Shown here: positions 41,451-52,409 of the stretch, one piece after another
Layout: the number at the start of each line of letters is the position of its first letter
Numbering within the stretch: the first letter of the stretch is position 1
DNA from: Flavobacteriales bacterium
GTDB lineage: Bacteria > Bacteroidota > Bacteroidia > Flavobacteriales > TMED113
Assembly (NCBI GenBank): GCA_002701365.1
Contig: NZUK01000012.1
Span: 32,633-96,632, forward strand
Direction: 5' to 3'
DNA: 64,000 bases
Program-made: the position numbers and the translations under genes
Notes under the pieces: model-generated
Seen by the model: the letters and a program-made list of their open reading frames with translations, nothing else
Databases searched by the model: none
Told to the model about the DNA's origin: nothing

Positions 41451-43565
41451 ATGAAACCGGAATTAAAGACCGTGAAAATTTGTCTAGAAAACGACAGAGA
41501 GATCACAATAGAAACAGGACTACTAGCAAAACAAGCACATGGGTCATGTGTAATTAAAATGGGAGACACTATGCTACTTGCAACAGTTGTTTCTGACAAA
41601 AAACAAAAAGAAGGCATTGATTTTCTTCCATTAAGCGTAGACTATAGAGAAAAATTTGCAGCTGACGGAAGATTTCCTGGGGGGTTTCTTAAGAGAGAAG
41701 GCAGGCCTTCTGACCAAGAAATACTAGGCATGAGACTCGTTGACAGAGTTTTACGCCCCTTATTTCCTAAAAATTATCACTGTGAAACACAAGTCATGAT
41801 TCAACTCATGTCTCATGACAGATCTGTTGACCCTCACTCTCTAATAGGTCTAGCCGCATCAACAGCACTAACGATGTCAGACATTCCTTTTGAAGGGCCA
41901 ATATCAGAAGTTAGAGTTGGACGTATTGATGAACAATTTATTATTAACCCTAACTCTGAGCAATTAATAGAATCAGATATTGATCTAATGATAGGAGCAT
42001 CAATCGATTCAGTAATTATGGTTGAAGGAGAAATGAAAGAGATTTCTGAAGAAGAAATGATAGAAGCAATTAAATTTGGGCATGACGCTATCAAAACTCA
42101 GTGTGAAGCACAATTAGAACTTGTAAAAAAACTTGACAAAATAGAAAAACGAGAAGTTGAGATCTCAGAAGAAATAGAGATTAATAAAAAAGTACATGCA
42201 TTTTGCTACGAAGAAATCTATAAAATTGCAAGCCAAAAAACTACAAAGAAAGAAAGAAGTTCTCTAATTGATCTATTAAAAGAAAAACTAATGTCTGATT
42301 TTTCTGAAGAAGACATAGAGGAAAATAAAATTAAAATAGAAAAGGAATTTTACAAAGTCCAAAAAGAAGCTATTAGAAACTTTATCTTGAATACACAAAC
42401 TAGACTAGATGGTCGAGAAACTGACCAAGTTAGACCTATTTGGTGTGAAGTAGATTACTTGCCAAAAACACACGGATCTGCAGTATTTACAAGAGGTGAA
42501 ACTCAATCACTCACTACTGTAACACTAGGAACTTCTCTTGATGAAAACAGATTGGATACAGTAACTCAACAGGGTGCAGAAAAATTTTACCTACATTATA
42601 ACTTTCCTCCATTCTCAACTGGTGAAGCACGCATGAAATTCAATGTCAGCCGAAGAGAAATTGGGCACGGAAATTTAGCACAAAGAGCTTTAAAAGACAT
42701 GATTAATGAATCCAATCCCTACACTATTAGAGTAGTGTCTGAAATACTTGAATCCAACGGATCATCATCCATGGCTACTGTCTGCGCGGGGACATTAGCT
42801 CTCATGGATGCTGGAGTAGATCTCATAAGACCTGTTTCAGGAATTGCAATGGGATTAATAACCAATGAAGACAACTCAAAGTATGCTATATTATCAGACA
42901 TATTAGGAGACGAAGATTTTTTGGGTGACATGGATTTTAAAGTAACTGGGACAACTGAGGGCATTACCGCTTGTCAAATGGACATGAAAGTTAAAGGATT
43001 ACCATACAATATTTTAGAAGCAGCACTCAATCAATCAAAAGAAGGACGATTACATATTTTGAGTGAAATGTTAAAGACTATGTCAAGCAGTAGAGAAACT
43101 CCAAAGCCACATTCCCCTAAAATGATTACTATGACAATTCCTAAAGACATGATTGGTGGGATTATTGGACCGGGTGGAAAAGTGATACAAAAAATGCAAG
43201 CAGACACAGAGACAACTATTACTATCAATGAAGAAGACAATGTTGGTATAGTAGAAATACTTGGAACAAATGCTGAAGGCATAGACCAGGCTCAAGAAAT
43301 GATTAAAGATATTTGCTTCATACCAGAAGTAGGAGAAATATATGACGGTATTGTTAAGTCTATTCAACCTTATGGCGCATTTGTAGAAATTAAAAAAGGC
43401 ACAGATGGATTATTGCATATTTCTGAAATTGAATGGAAAAGATTAGAAAAAGTAGAAGACGCTTTAAAAGAAGGGGATAAAGTACAAGTTAAACTTGTGA
43501 GCATTGACCCTAAAAATGGAAAAATGAAACTATCTAGAAAAATATTACTTCCTAAACCTGAATAA
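41451..43565 (+). CDS. pnp: Polyribonucleotide nucleotidyltransferase
   Basis: [43 protein letters not shown] and S1 domains. Confidence 0.98.
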   Translation: MKPELKTVKICLENDREITIETGLLAKQAHGSCVIKMGDTMLLATVVSDKKQKEGIDFLPLSVDYREKFAADGRFPGGFLKREGRPSDQEILGMRLVDRVLRPLFPKNYHCETQVMIQLMSHDRSVDPHSLIGLAASTALTMSDIPFEGPISEVRVGRIDEQFIINPNSEQLIESDIDLMIGASIDSVIMVEGEMKEISEEEMIEAIKFGHDAIKTQCEAQLELVKKLDKIEKREVEISEEIEINKKVHAFCYEEIYKIASQKTTKKERSSLIDLLKEKLMSDFSEEDIEENKIKIEKEFYKVQKEAIRNFILNTQTRLDGRETDQVRPIWCEVDYLPKTHGSAVFTRGETQSLTTVTLGTSLDENRLDTVTQQGAEKFYLHYNFPPFSTGEARMKFNVSRREIGHGNLAQRALKDMINESNPYTIRVVSEILESNGSSSMATVCAGTLALMDAGVDLIRPVSGIAMGLITNEDNSKYAILSDILGDEDFLGDMDFKVTGTTEGITACQMDMKVKGLPYNILEAALNQSKEGRLHILSEMLKTMSSSRETPKPHSPKMITMTIPKDMIGGIIGPGGKVIQKMQADTETTITINEEDNVGIVEILGTNAEGIDQAQEMIKDICFIPEVGEIYDGIVKSIQPYGAFVEIKKGTDGLLHISEIEWKRLEKVEDALKEGDKVQVKLVSIDPKNGKMKLSRKILLPKPE

Positions 43566-43593
43566 TAAATTACAGTAATTTATACATAAATAT

Positions 43594-44457
43594 ATGAGAC
43601 AATTAAAAATCACAAAACAAGTCACTAACAGAGAAACTGCATCTTTAGATAAATACTTGCAGGAGATTGGAAAAGTTGACTTAATTTCAGCGGATGAAGA
43701 AGTCCAGCTAGCTCAAAGAATTAAAGATGGTGATGAAATTGCATTAGAAAAATTAACAAAAGCTAATCTTCGTTTTGTTGTCTCTGTTGCTAAACAGTAT
43801 CAAAATCAAGGATTATCTCTTCCAGATCTTATTAATGAAGGAAATTTAGGTCTAATAAAAGCAGCCAAAAGGTTTGATGAAACACGTGGTTTTAAATTTA
43901 TTTCATATGCTGTATGGTGGATAAGACAGTCTATTTTACAAGCTCTTGCAGAACAATCCAGAATTGTTAGATTACCATTGAATAAGATTGGATCGATCAA
44001 CAAAATTAATAAAACATACGCTTCTCTAGAACAGAGATATGAAAGGGAACCTTCTGCAGATGAAATAGCTAGTGTATTAGAAATTAGCGCAAATGATGTA
44101 AGAGAGTCTCAAAGAAATTCAGGTAGACATATATCAATGGATGCACCACTAGTAGATGGTGAAGACAGTAATCTTTATGACGTAATAATGAGTGGTGAAA
44201 GTCCAAATCCAGATGACAGTTTAATTAATGATTCTTTACGAACTGAAATAGAAAGATCATTAACAACTTTAACTGATCGAGAAGCTGATGTAATCAGATT
44301 ATACTTTGGACTGAGCAGCAAACACGCAATGACACTAGAAGAAATTGGTGAAAAATTTGATCTAACAAGAGAGCGGGTCAGACAAATCAAAGAAAAAGGG
44401 ATTCGCAGACTTAAACACACATCTAGAAGTAAAATATTAAAAACATATCTTGGTTAA
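43594..44457 (+). CDS. rpoD: Primary sigma-70 factor, short Bacteroidota type lacking region 1.1
   Basis: [52 protein letters not shown]. Confidence 0.93.
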   Translation: MRQLKITKQVTNRETASLDKYLQEIGKVDLISADEEVQLAQRIKDGDEIALEKLTKANLRFVVSVAKQYQNQGLSLPDLINEGNLGLIKAAKRFDETRGFKFISYAVWWIRQSILQALAEQSRIVRLPLNKIGSINKINKTYASLEQRYEREPSADEIASVLEISANDVRESQRNSGRHISMDAPLVDGEDSNLYDVIMSGESPNPDDSLINDSLRTEIERSLTTLTDREADVIRLYFGLSSKHAMTLEEIGEKFDLTRERVRQIKEKGIRRLKHTSRSKILKTYLG

Positions 44458-44460
44458 TTT

Positions 44461-45111
44461 ATGAATCACTTAATTGCTCCATCTATGTTGGCGTCTGATT
44501 TTGGCAACTTAAAATCAGAAATTAATATGGTGAATAATAGTGATGCAGACTGGTTTCATTTAGATATTATGGATGGTGTTTTTGTTCCTAACATATCCTA
44601 TGGCATGCCTATTGTGAAAACAATAAAAAAGTATGCTCAAAAACCGCTTGACGTACACTTAATGATTAAAAAACCTGAAAGATATATTGAAGTTTTTGCG
44701 CAACACGGAGCAGACATACTAACTGTTCATTTTGAGGCATGTAATCATTTGCATCGAACAATTGACGCCATCAAAATGGCCGGAATGCAAGCAGGTGTCG
44801 CCATTAACCCTCATACAAATCCAATGGTTCTGTCAGATATTTTAATTGATATAGATGTTGTGTGTGTTATGTCAGTCAATCCTGGATTTGGTGGACAATC
44901 TTTCATACAAAACACGTATAAAAAAATAGAATTTTTAAAAAATCTTAAAAAAGATTCTGGAAGCAAATATTTAATTGAAGTTGATGGTGGTGTAAATTTA
45001 GAAAATTATGAAAAACTTATAAATTGTGGAGCAAATATCCTTGTTGCTGGAAGCAGTGTTTTCAACACTAAAGATCCTATTCAAACTATCAAAAAACTAA
45101 AGGAATTTTAA
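44461..45111 (+). CDS. rpe: Ribulose-phosphate 3-epimerase
   Basis: IAPS, HLDIMDGVFVPN, DVHLM, MSVNPGFGGQ, EVDGG, VAGS. Confidence 0.97.
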   Translation: MNHLIAPSMLASDFGNLKSEINMVNNSDADWFHLDIMDGVFVPNISYGMPIVKTIKKYAQKPLDVHLMIKKPERYIEVFAQHGADILTVHFEACNHLHRTIDAIKMAGMQAGVAINPHTNPMVLSDILIDIDVVCVMSVNPGFGGQSFIQNTYKKIEFLKNLKKDSGSKYLIEVDGGVNLENYEKLINCGANILVAGSSVFNTKDPIQTIKKLKEF

Positions 45112-46301
45112 CTGATATAATCAGACAAATAACTGAATTTATCTGTCAAAGAACCATCAATAGCAATAGTAGCTTTAGAAATCATTGAACCATTTAAACG
45201 CAATTGATCCAAAACTTTACTTATAAAAACTTGTCCGAAATCTACAGATGCATCTTTAGGCAATGAACAAGGAAGATTATCAACTGCCATTACAGCTATA
45301 ATATTATCCCTAGTATAATCATCCTCAAGTTCATTTACAGGGTTATAGCCATAAATTGGATTATTGATAGTGGAAGGACGAAGCGTACAACCAATAGGAC
45401 CATTAATGTCGCAACTAATATCTCCTACTACTTTGATTTTAAATAACTCATGTCTGAAATCAGACCTACTCAATATCACAGGACTATTTGGAGCAAAATA
45501 ATGTCCAGTAATAAGTATATCTGCGCATAAAGCATATTTTAAAATTGATGACTGATACTGATGTGGTGAAGTATAAAAATCTTTTTTAGAACTAGAATAC
45601 CCATCAATTCTATCATTATAATCCATAGGTGTAAGTTGAACATAAGTAGGATAATTAAATTCTTTATTTAAAAAATCTTTCTTTGATATATTTTTAACCC
45701 CTAAAAGTTCTAGAACCTCAACTGCACCACTCGAAACTCTTCCAGTACCAGTTAAAATTATTTTCAAATTATCAGGTAAAACAACTTTAGAAAGTTCTCT
45801 TTCTAAATAAGTTTTATCTTTTAGAAGATTAGCAAACTCCAAATGATATTTTTTTGTTTTTTTACCATAAGCTAAAAAAGTATTATAACAACCGACAATT
45901 CCTGCATATCTCCCAAAACCAATAACACGTTTCCCATTTACGTCTAACAAGGTTTCATAATCAATTAACTGAATACGATTTTTAATAATATTTTGAAGTA
46001 ATTTTTTATTATAAGGTTGTTTTTTTATTGTGTGTGAAAAGAAAAGAAATATTTTTTCTTTTATTAACATGTCAATTGGAACTTCTTTAATTCCCATTAA
46101 AACATCACAATTAGATAAATCTTCCTCTAAAGTAACACCACACTCTAAGTACTCTAGATCAGAAAAACATCGATTATCACTTGGCTGAATAAATATAGAA
46201 ATACCTGGATAAGATTCTAAAATATGAGAGCATTGTTTTGGAGAAAAAGGCACCCTTTTATCTGGAGGGTTTTTACCCTCTTTTAATATTCCTATTTTCA
46301 T
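45108..46301 (-). CDS. Saccharopine dehydrogenase-like / AlaDh-PNT family NAD(P)-dependent oxidoreductase
   Basis: EGKNPPDKRVP, GIKEVP, FFSHTIKKQPYN, GFGRYAG, DISCD, MAVDNLPCSLP.DAS. Confidence 0.85.
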   Translation of the reverse strand: MKIGILKEGKNPPDKRVPFSPKQCSHILESYPGISIFIQPSDNRCFSDLEYLECGVTLEEDLSNCDVLMGIKEVPIDMLIKEKIFLFFSHTIKKQPYNKKLLQNIIKNRIQLIDYETLLDVNGKRVIGFGRYAGIVGCYNTFLAYGKKTKKYHLEFANLLKDKTYLERELSKVVLPDNLKIILTGTGRVSSGAVEVLELLGVKNISKKDFLNKEFNYPTYVQLTPMDYNDRIDGYSSSKKDFYTSPHQYQSSILKYALCADILITGHYFAPNSPVILSRSDFRHELFKIKVVGDISCDINGPIGCTLRPSTINNPIYGYNPVNELEDDYTRDNIIAVMAVDNLPCSLPKDASVDFGQVFISKVLDQLRLNGSMISKATIAIDGSLTDKFSYLSDYIS

Positions 46302-46388
46302 ATTATTAATTTATTGATTGTAAAAGTATAAAATTATCAAGTATTGTATGTAAATTTACGAGGAATATAGTAGTTCTTTGAATTTAAT

Positions 46389-46749
46389 GGGGATGACCGG
46401 ATTTGACAGCAAGGTAAATGTATTAGTAAGCATGTCGAGTATTGCTATACTAACTCGGTAAAAAAGTATGCAAATTTTAAACGGCGAAAATAATTACGCT
46501 TTAGCTGCTTAATAATTTATTAAATAGCTTTTGTCCCGGATTCAGGTTTGTTCAACACCTGTAACTTGGGGCATCATTAAGTTGAACTAGCTTTAATCTT
46601 TCCTGGATTTTAACGCAAATTATAACAGGATAAGGTAAGTTTTGGTTGTGTTATAGCTGAACTTATTCGAAAAAAAAATAACACTAAACATGTAGAAAGT
46701 TATTATGTTTCTTGTTTGGACCAGGGTTCGATTCCCTGCATCTCCACCA
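46389..46749 (+). ncRNA. ssrA: Transfer-messenger RNA
   Basis: 5' GGGGATG pairs with 3' CATCTCC-A-CCA (G3:U wobble). Has GGATTTGAC and the T-arm CAGGGTTCGATTCCCTG. The tag frame 46483-46512 encodes (A)GENNYALAA-stop. Confidence 0.97.
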
Positions 46750-46766
46750 TTTTAATAAAATTAAAT

Positions 46767-48017
46767 ATGAAAAAAACCTTATTATTATTTTTTGTCATCA
46801 GCCATCTATATGTCTGTGCGCAATTTTGTGCATTTGATCATATTGTAAATAGTAAAAAATCTAATGACACTTTTATATCAAATTATGAAAGTATTTACAA
46901 CATTGCAAATAATCAAATTTCTAACAACACGGAAACATATTATATACCTGTTGTATTTCATATTGTTTATAATTCTGAATCTCAGAATATAGCTGATTCA
47001 GTAATTCATTCTCAAATTGAAGTACTCAATGAAGACTTCAGGAGGCTAAATGAAAACGCAGTAAATACAAGAGAAGAATTTTTAGAATTTGCTGGAGATC
47101 CCAACATAGAATTCTTCTTAGCTGACATAGATCCTAATGGGAACCCTACTGACGGAATAATTCATCAATATACTGAAAGAAGTGAGTTTGTTATGTTTGA
47201 AAATATTTTATCAAATGAAATAACTCTTGATGAAGTTAAATTTTCAAACACAGGTGGATCAGATGCTTGGGACACAAATGAATATTTAAATATTTGGGTA
47301 TGTAATATTGGTAGTTTGGAATTACTCCCTGGTTTTGATCTTGGTCAGGTTTTTGGTTACGCATATCCACCAACAAATATCGATGAAGCTCTAGCTAATA
47401 TATCTGGACTGGTTCCAGATTGGCCAACTGACATGTTATCCGACGATGAAAATGTACAAGGAGTAGTTCTGCATTATACGACAATCGGCAGAAATAATCC
47501 TGTAGCAAATGATGATGATATGATTGAAAACAATCAAGGGAGAACAGCTGTCCATGAGATAGGACATTATTTAGGACTACGACACATATGGGGAGACGCA
47601 TTATCACTAATTGGTGAAGATGGATGCGAGTTAGATGATGGTATCTCAGACACACCCAATGCAAATGATCAAGCAGGTTATATATGTGATTTTAACAAAA
47701 ACACATGCACAGGCGATAACTTTGGATCAAGTGGTGAAGACTTACCTGACATGATAGAAAACTATATGGACTATAGCCCTGACAACTGCCTTAATATGTT
47801 TACCAATGGACAAATTAACGTAATGCGCAATGTATTAGAGATTTCAAGAAATAACTTGATCAATAATGAATCTTCTTTGTGCATTAATGATCCTCAATTA
47901 AATGGCCAGAAAAAAATAAAAACAATTGATTTACTTGGAAGGGAACACAACAGAAGTCATTTTAAAATAGATTTATATAGCGATGGTAGTTTTAGAAAAT
48001 ATATTACACACAAATAA
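46767..48017 (+). CDS. Secreted M43 (pappalysin/ulilysin-like) zinc metalloprotease with short C-terminal motif
   Basis: Signal peptide MKKTLLLFF (true start 46767; the track start lies inside tmRNA), IPVVFHIVY, YLNIWV, HEIGHYLGLRHIWGD, Met-turn ENYMDYS. Confidence 0.9.
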   Translation: MKKTLLLFFVISHLYVCAQFCAFDHIVNSKKSNDTFISNYESIYNIANNQISNNTETYYIPVVFHIVYNSESQNIADSVIHSQIEVLNEDFRRLNENAVNTREEFLEFAGDPNIEFFLADIDPNGNPTDGIIHQYTERSEFVMFENILSNEITLDEVKFSNTGGSDAWDTNEYLNIWVCNIGSLELLPGFDLGQVFGYAYPPTNIDEALANISGLVPDWPTDMLSDDENVQGVVLHYTTIGRNNPVANDDDMIENNQGRTAVHEIGHYLGLRHIWGDALSLIGEDGCELDDGISDTPNANDQAGYICDFNKNTCTGDNFGSSGEDLPDMIENYMDYSPDNCLNMFTNGQINVMRNVLEISRNNLINNESSLCINDPQLNGQKKIKTIDLLGREHNRSHFKIDLYSDGSFRKYITHK

Positions 48018-49352
48018 TTATTTACGTATTATATATTTTTTATCTATAGATCCATCATCATATACCTTGAGAATTAAACCTGTACTTGAAGCATCTACTG
48101 ATCGACCTAAAAAATCTAAATTAAATAATATTTTTTTTGACAATTTATTTTCACTAATAAGAGTATTATCAAAATCTGGATTATAAATTTCTATAATTTC
48201 ATTTGGACCCTGACTAGGCCAAGAATAGCCATTTGTTGCAAGATAAATTTTACCATCAGGACTAACACAAATATCACGTAACCTACCCCACTCATTATTA
48301 AAAAATTCTGTATAGCTTTCAACCTGTTGTCCATCAGAAGAAAATTCAAAACGAACTAACATTTTATTTTTTAATACTGTCATTAGCAGTGTATTTTGGA
48401 ATTCAGGAATTGAAGGATGATTATACCACACAATATCCGAGGGTGCTATCGTAGTAGACCCACTACTCCATACCGCATCAACAATACTATTATCATTACA
48501 ATAATCTATTTCAGTATAATTATTACTTAGATATTCTGCATAACCATAATCAACCCATTGATTATCGCAATAACCTTGTACATTAGGCCAACCATAATTA
48601 GAATTTGATGTTAATATATTTAATTCATCATCATTACTAGGTCCATGCTCAGAGCTATATATAATTCCATTCGGACCCATTGCAAGTCCCTGTGCATTTC
48701 TATGCCCCCAACTCCAGACTAAATTACCAATAATAGGATTATCTAAAGGAGCTTGACCAACAGTACCATCATCCATGTTAATACTCATGCGTAAAGTTTT
48801 TCCAGTAAGTTCATTAATATCTTCTGACAATAACCACTCTTGAGCATCCCCGGTTGTAATTAACATAGTTAAATCATCAAGCGCCATCAATCTACATCCA
48901 ATATGAGTACTATTGCCATCAATTCCATCTAACAAAACCACTTCATTGATTAATTGATCAGTATCAAAATCATATTCATAATAAACAATTTTCTCTTTTG
49001 CACCTTGTGAAACATAAGTATATGCTAAAAAAACATATGGTGAACCATTATTAAATTCAGGATGAATCTCCATTCCTAGCAAACCAGCTTCATTAGAGTC
49101 ATAAATATCATCAGAGATGTCTAAAATAACATGCTTTTCACCATTAGCAACATTGATTCGGCTAACAATTCCAGATCTTTCAGTTACCCATAAAAAATCT
49201 GCACCATTCCCAGAGTCCGGACCCCATTTTATTTCCCAAGGCACATCCAGGCCATCAACAACCTCTCTTTCTTCTAAAACAGTTGAACCAACTTGTATTT
49301 GAGCATTTAAAAAACCTCCTATTAACATAAAAAGTATTGATATTTTTTTCAT
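48018..49352 (-). CDS. Secreted PQQ-dependent sugar dehydrogenase family (GdhB/YliI-like) protein with short C-terminal motif
   Basis: Signal peptide; PWEI.WGPD, AGLLG...HP.F, WSWGHRNAQGL, SEHGP..DDELN, NYGWP, GRLRDI..SPDG. Confidence 0.88.
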   Translation of the reverse strand: MKKISILFMLIGGFLNAQIQVGSTVLEEREVVDGLDVPWEIKWGPDSGNGADFLWVTERSGIVSRINVANGEKHVILDISDDIYDSNEAGLLGMEIHPEFNNGSPYVFLAYTYVSQGAKEKIVYYEYDFDTDQLINEVVLLDGIDGNSTHIGCRLMALDDLTMLITTGDAQEWLLSEDINELTGKTLRMSINMDDGTVGQAPLDNPIIGNLVWSWGHRNAQGLAMGPNGIIYSSEHGPSNDDELNILTSNSNYGWPNVQGYCDNQWVDYGYAEYLSNNYTEIDYCNDNSIVDAVWSSGSTTIAPSDIVWYNHPSIPEFQNTLLMTVLKNKMLVRFEFSSDGQQVESYTEFFNNEWGRLRDICVSPDGKIYLATNGYSWPSQGPNEIIEIYNPDFDNTLISENKLSKKILFNLDFLGRSVDASSTGLILKVYDDGSIDKKYIIRK

Positions 49353-49358
49353 AATAAT

Positions 49359-52300
49359 CTATTTATTTAATTCATATTTTTTCTCAACACTACCATCATT
49401 ATATATATATATTTTCCACGTTCCTTTTTCATAAGCATTTACTGCTCTGCCTAACATGTCGGTAGCTATAATTATTTGTTTATTTGCTGTATTAAAATTC
49501 TCCCACAATTTGATTGATGACGGAGCAACATCAACGTCTAACTCAACTATACAATTACTATTTACTCCAAAATATTGTGTTATACTTACTGTTCCTAAAC
49601 CAATATCGAACCATTGTACACCAATACTCGGAGGTTCTACTGCTGAACTCCATACAATTTCACCTCCATCAACCTGCCAAGCAGCCATATTATCGATTGT
49701 GTTTGATAGAGTATAAACATGATATGTACCTGCTTCGACAATTACTTCACCTAAAATATCAATATACTGACATGAACACTCATCACCATATCCATCTCCA
49801 TCATTATCAATTTGAGTAGGATTAAAGTCTTCAATACAATTATCAATTTGATCACAAATGCCATCTAAATCAAGATCCAGTAAACAATTGCCACTACAGT
49901 CATAAAATTGCTCTGGTCCATTACCTCCACATTCTCCACATTCATCAAAAACAGAAAAACCTCCACATTCTCCACTACAATCTACATCAACTAAACAATT
50001 TCCATCGCAATCAAAATTAATAATCGGAAATTCACATTCACCATTGTCGATAATTGCAAAATTATCGTAATTACAAGCTAATATATCTGTACAACCTAAA
50101 CATGTAGAATTATCTCCATTACATACTCCACATTCGTCAAATATCGCAACTCCTCCACATTCTCCACTACAATCTAAATCAATTAAACAATTGCCATCGC
50201 AATCAAAATTATTCGGAGGATATTCACAGTTACTATCATCGATATTAGCATCTTCATCAAAATTACATGCGTCTGAATTTGTGCATCCAAATATATCACA
50301 CACTCCATCATTATTCGTATCAACTAAACAATTGCCATCACAATCAAAATTATTCGGAGGATATTCACATGAATCGTTATCCAAATTACTTTCTGAGTCA
50401 TAATTACACGCAATACTATCCGTACAACCTTCAATAATCAATGTTAAACAAGTACCATTATCTTCTGTAGCGCTTGCATTGTACTCAAAATAATTTGAAT
50501 CAGTACAGCCTGATATTTCATCCTCATCGCAAATACCATCACAATCATTATCAGAATCACAGATAATCAAACAAAATTCATTAATCGATTCTGATCCAAA
50601 ATCTATATTATCCATCTGAACTACATAATTCCCTGGAATCACTGAGCCATCAACACAAGATGCATTATCATGATATATATAATAGTTTGGATCATTACCC
50701 GCAGTATTATTAGAGCTAAGACCATCACCCCAAGAATCATAGATATTAAACTGATAACATCCTTCAGCTAAACAATAAGAAGAAAATATAAGTTCACCAC
50801 CTTGAAAATAATTTCCACCGCCATCAATAACTAAGCCATTATCATCAATTAACTCCCAACTAACTTCATTACTATAGTAATCTGTCGCAATATATAAATC
50901 AATTGATCCTGAACATATACATGATCCATCATCCATAGTAGCATTAGAATTATAATTGTCAGCGTTAGGACTCATGCAACCATATATATATTGACATGTG
51001 TTATCATCAATATTAGCCTCAGGATTAAAGTTTTCTGCAATAGAATCTGTACAACCATAGATTGAATTACCGCAACTCGATTCTAAGTCATCACACGTAT
51101 TTAAACAAGATGCATTATTAACTCCTGGAATTAAAGCTTGAGATTCAACTATTTGATGGAACTCTAAAGTAATACCAATATTAAAATCGCAATAGCTCAT
51201 GATAGTCCCAATTGATTGTTGCCATGATTCATTTGGTGGATTATTTGGTGGATTACAGTTTCCCTCTACATCAGAACACGCGTCTATTGCACCGCCCGGA
51301 AAGTTGAGACTCGGATCCGCATCCCAATTACAATTATGAGTGTGAGGAGATCCAAAATTATGGCCTATCTCATGCCCTAAATAGGATAAATTATAGCTAT
51401 ATGGTGTGTTGTCAGGATAATCATAAATTAATGAAGTATTTAAACCACTTGTAACGCCAAAACCAGTAGAACTATTAAATACTCCTCCACATAAAGCACC
51501 AACCCAAGCAATTCCACCATTGGCATTTTTTTGACTAAACAAGTGAACAAGATCGGTTTGTGAATAAATGTCATCAAATGGTGGGTTAGTCCAATAATTA
51601 GGCATCTCATCTAACATTTCTCCGCAATCATTCAAAGGATCATAATTATCAACAATCTCCCATACATTAACATATCTTGCTTGTAAAGTAACAATATCAT
51701 TAAGTTCCGACATGTATACTTCATTGACACCGGCTAAAAGAGCTAGGGACCATTCAACAGCTTCATAACAATTACCATTAAACTCATTATAAGTATAATT
51801 GTCAATTTCGATTCCCATTTCTAAACATTCGGGACCTCCAAGGGACTGTACTGGCTGAGCATTATTATTTGGTGAAACAATAGCATCTGTATCAGTATGA
51901 CACGTAAAGTTTGATTCCGAAACACTTGCATTCACATCATATAAGATGTAGACCCCGTCTTGAAAATATTTTATTTCATAAACTTCACCTGCTTTTTTTA
52001 TAACACCTATTAAATAATTTTTCATAAATGATATACTCCCTGTCCAACCATCTGAATTTTTGATTCTGTATGATCTTATAACTGGTTTATAATCATCAAA
52101 GACTAAACCATTTTCTGTATTTCTTAATAATTGAAAATCATTGGTAAATACATCAAATGATTCTAAATATAAACTAATGGTATCACCCTCAAAAAAAGGT
52201 AATTGCATTTGGAACTCACAGGGATTTGAATTTTTAATAGAATTAAAATAATTTAAATTCAAAAAAAGTGCAATTTGACTATTATGAGAATGTGTTAATA

Positions 52301-52397
52301 ATGGTATTTCAGTATCTGAATTTATAAATAATTTTTCTTGTCCAAAAGAATTTAGACAAAAACAAAAACACAAAAAGAAATAATAAAATTTACTCAT
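49359..52397 (-). CDS. Secreted M12/reprolysin-like zinc metalloprotease with Cys/Asp-rich repeats, TSP3-like repeats and short C-terminal motif
   Basis: GGIAWVG.LC, HEIGHNFGSPHTH, Met-turn GTIMSYC; GCTD..A.N...A..D...C repeats; DCSGECGG...DECG.C repeats; DNDGDGYGDEC. Confidence 0.87.
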   Translation of the reverse strand: MSKFYYFFLCFCFCLNSFGQEKLFINSDTEIPLLTHSHNSQIALFLNLNYFNSIKNSNPCEFQMQLPFFEGDTISLYLESFDVFTNDFQLLRNTENGLVFDDYKPVIRSYRIKNSDGWTGSISFMKNYLIGVIKKAGEVYEIKYFQDGVYILYDVNASVSESNFTCHTDTDAIVSPNNNAQPVQSLGGPECLEMGIEIDNYTYNEFNGNCYEAVEWSLALLAGVNEVYMSELNDIVTLQARYVNVWEIVDNYDPLNDCGEMLDEMPNYWTNPPFDDIYSQTDLVHLFSQKNANGGIAWVGALCGGVFNSSTGFGVTSGLNTSLIYDYPDNTPYSYNLSYLGHEIGHNFGSPHTHNCNWDADPSLNFPGGAIDACSDVEGNCNPPNNPPNESWQQSIGTIMSYCDFNIGITLEFHQIVESQALIPGVNNASCLNTCDDLESSCGNSIYGCTDSIAENFNPEANIDDNTCQYIYGCMSPNADNYNSNATMDDGSCICSGSIDLYIATDYYSNEVSWELIDDNGLVIDGGGNYFQGGELIFSSYCLAEGCYQFNIYDSWGDGLSSNNTAGNDPNYYIYHDNASCVDGSVIPGNYVVQMDNIDFGSESINEFCLIICDSDNDCDGICDEDEISGCTDSNYFEYNASATEDNGTCLTLIIEGCTDSIACNYDSESNLDNDSCEYPPNNFDCDGNCLVDTNNDGVCDIFGCTNSDACNFDEDANIDDSNCEYPPNNFDCDGNCLIDLDCSGECGGVAIFDECGVCNGDNSTCLGCTDILACNYDNFAIIDNGECEFPIINFDCDGNCLVDVDCSGECGGFSVFDECGECGGNGPEQFYDCSGNCLLDLDLDGICDQIDNCIEDFNPTQIDNDGDGYGDECSCQYIDILGEVIVEAGTYHVYTLSNTIDNMAAWQVDGGEIVWSSAVEPPSIGVQWFDIGLGTVSITQYFGVNSNCIVELDVDVAPSSIKLWENFNTANKQIIIATDMLGRAVNAYEKGTWKIYIYNDGSVEKKYELNK
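49960..50369. repeat. Intragenic direct repeats encoding Cys-rich units
   Basis: 60-bp copies at 49960-50019 and 50152-50211 (3 mismatches); 45-bp copies at 50184-50228 and 50325-50369 (1 mismatch). Confidence 0.9.
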
Positions 52398-52409
52398 AAA
52401 AGTTCAAAG

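Noticed and set aside
46716-46766. N-terminal extension MDQGSIPCIST of the M43 ORF
   Set aside because: This is the tmRNA T-arm and acceptor stem read in frame; the signal peptide begins at ATG 46767.
49900-51070. Regularly spaced repeats as a possible CRISPR array or DGR template
   Set aside because: The copies are in frame within a coding sequence and encode Cys-rich protein repeats. There are no cas or reverse transcriptase genes in the window.
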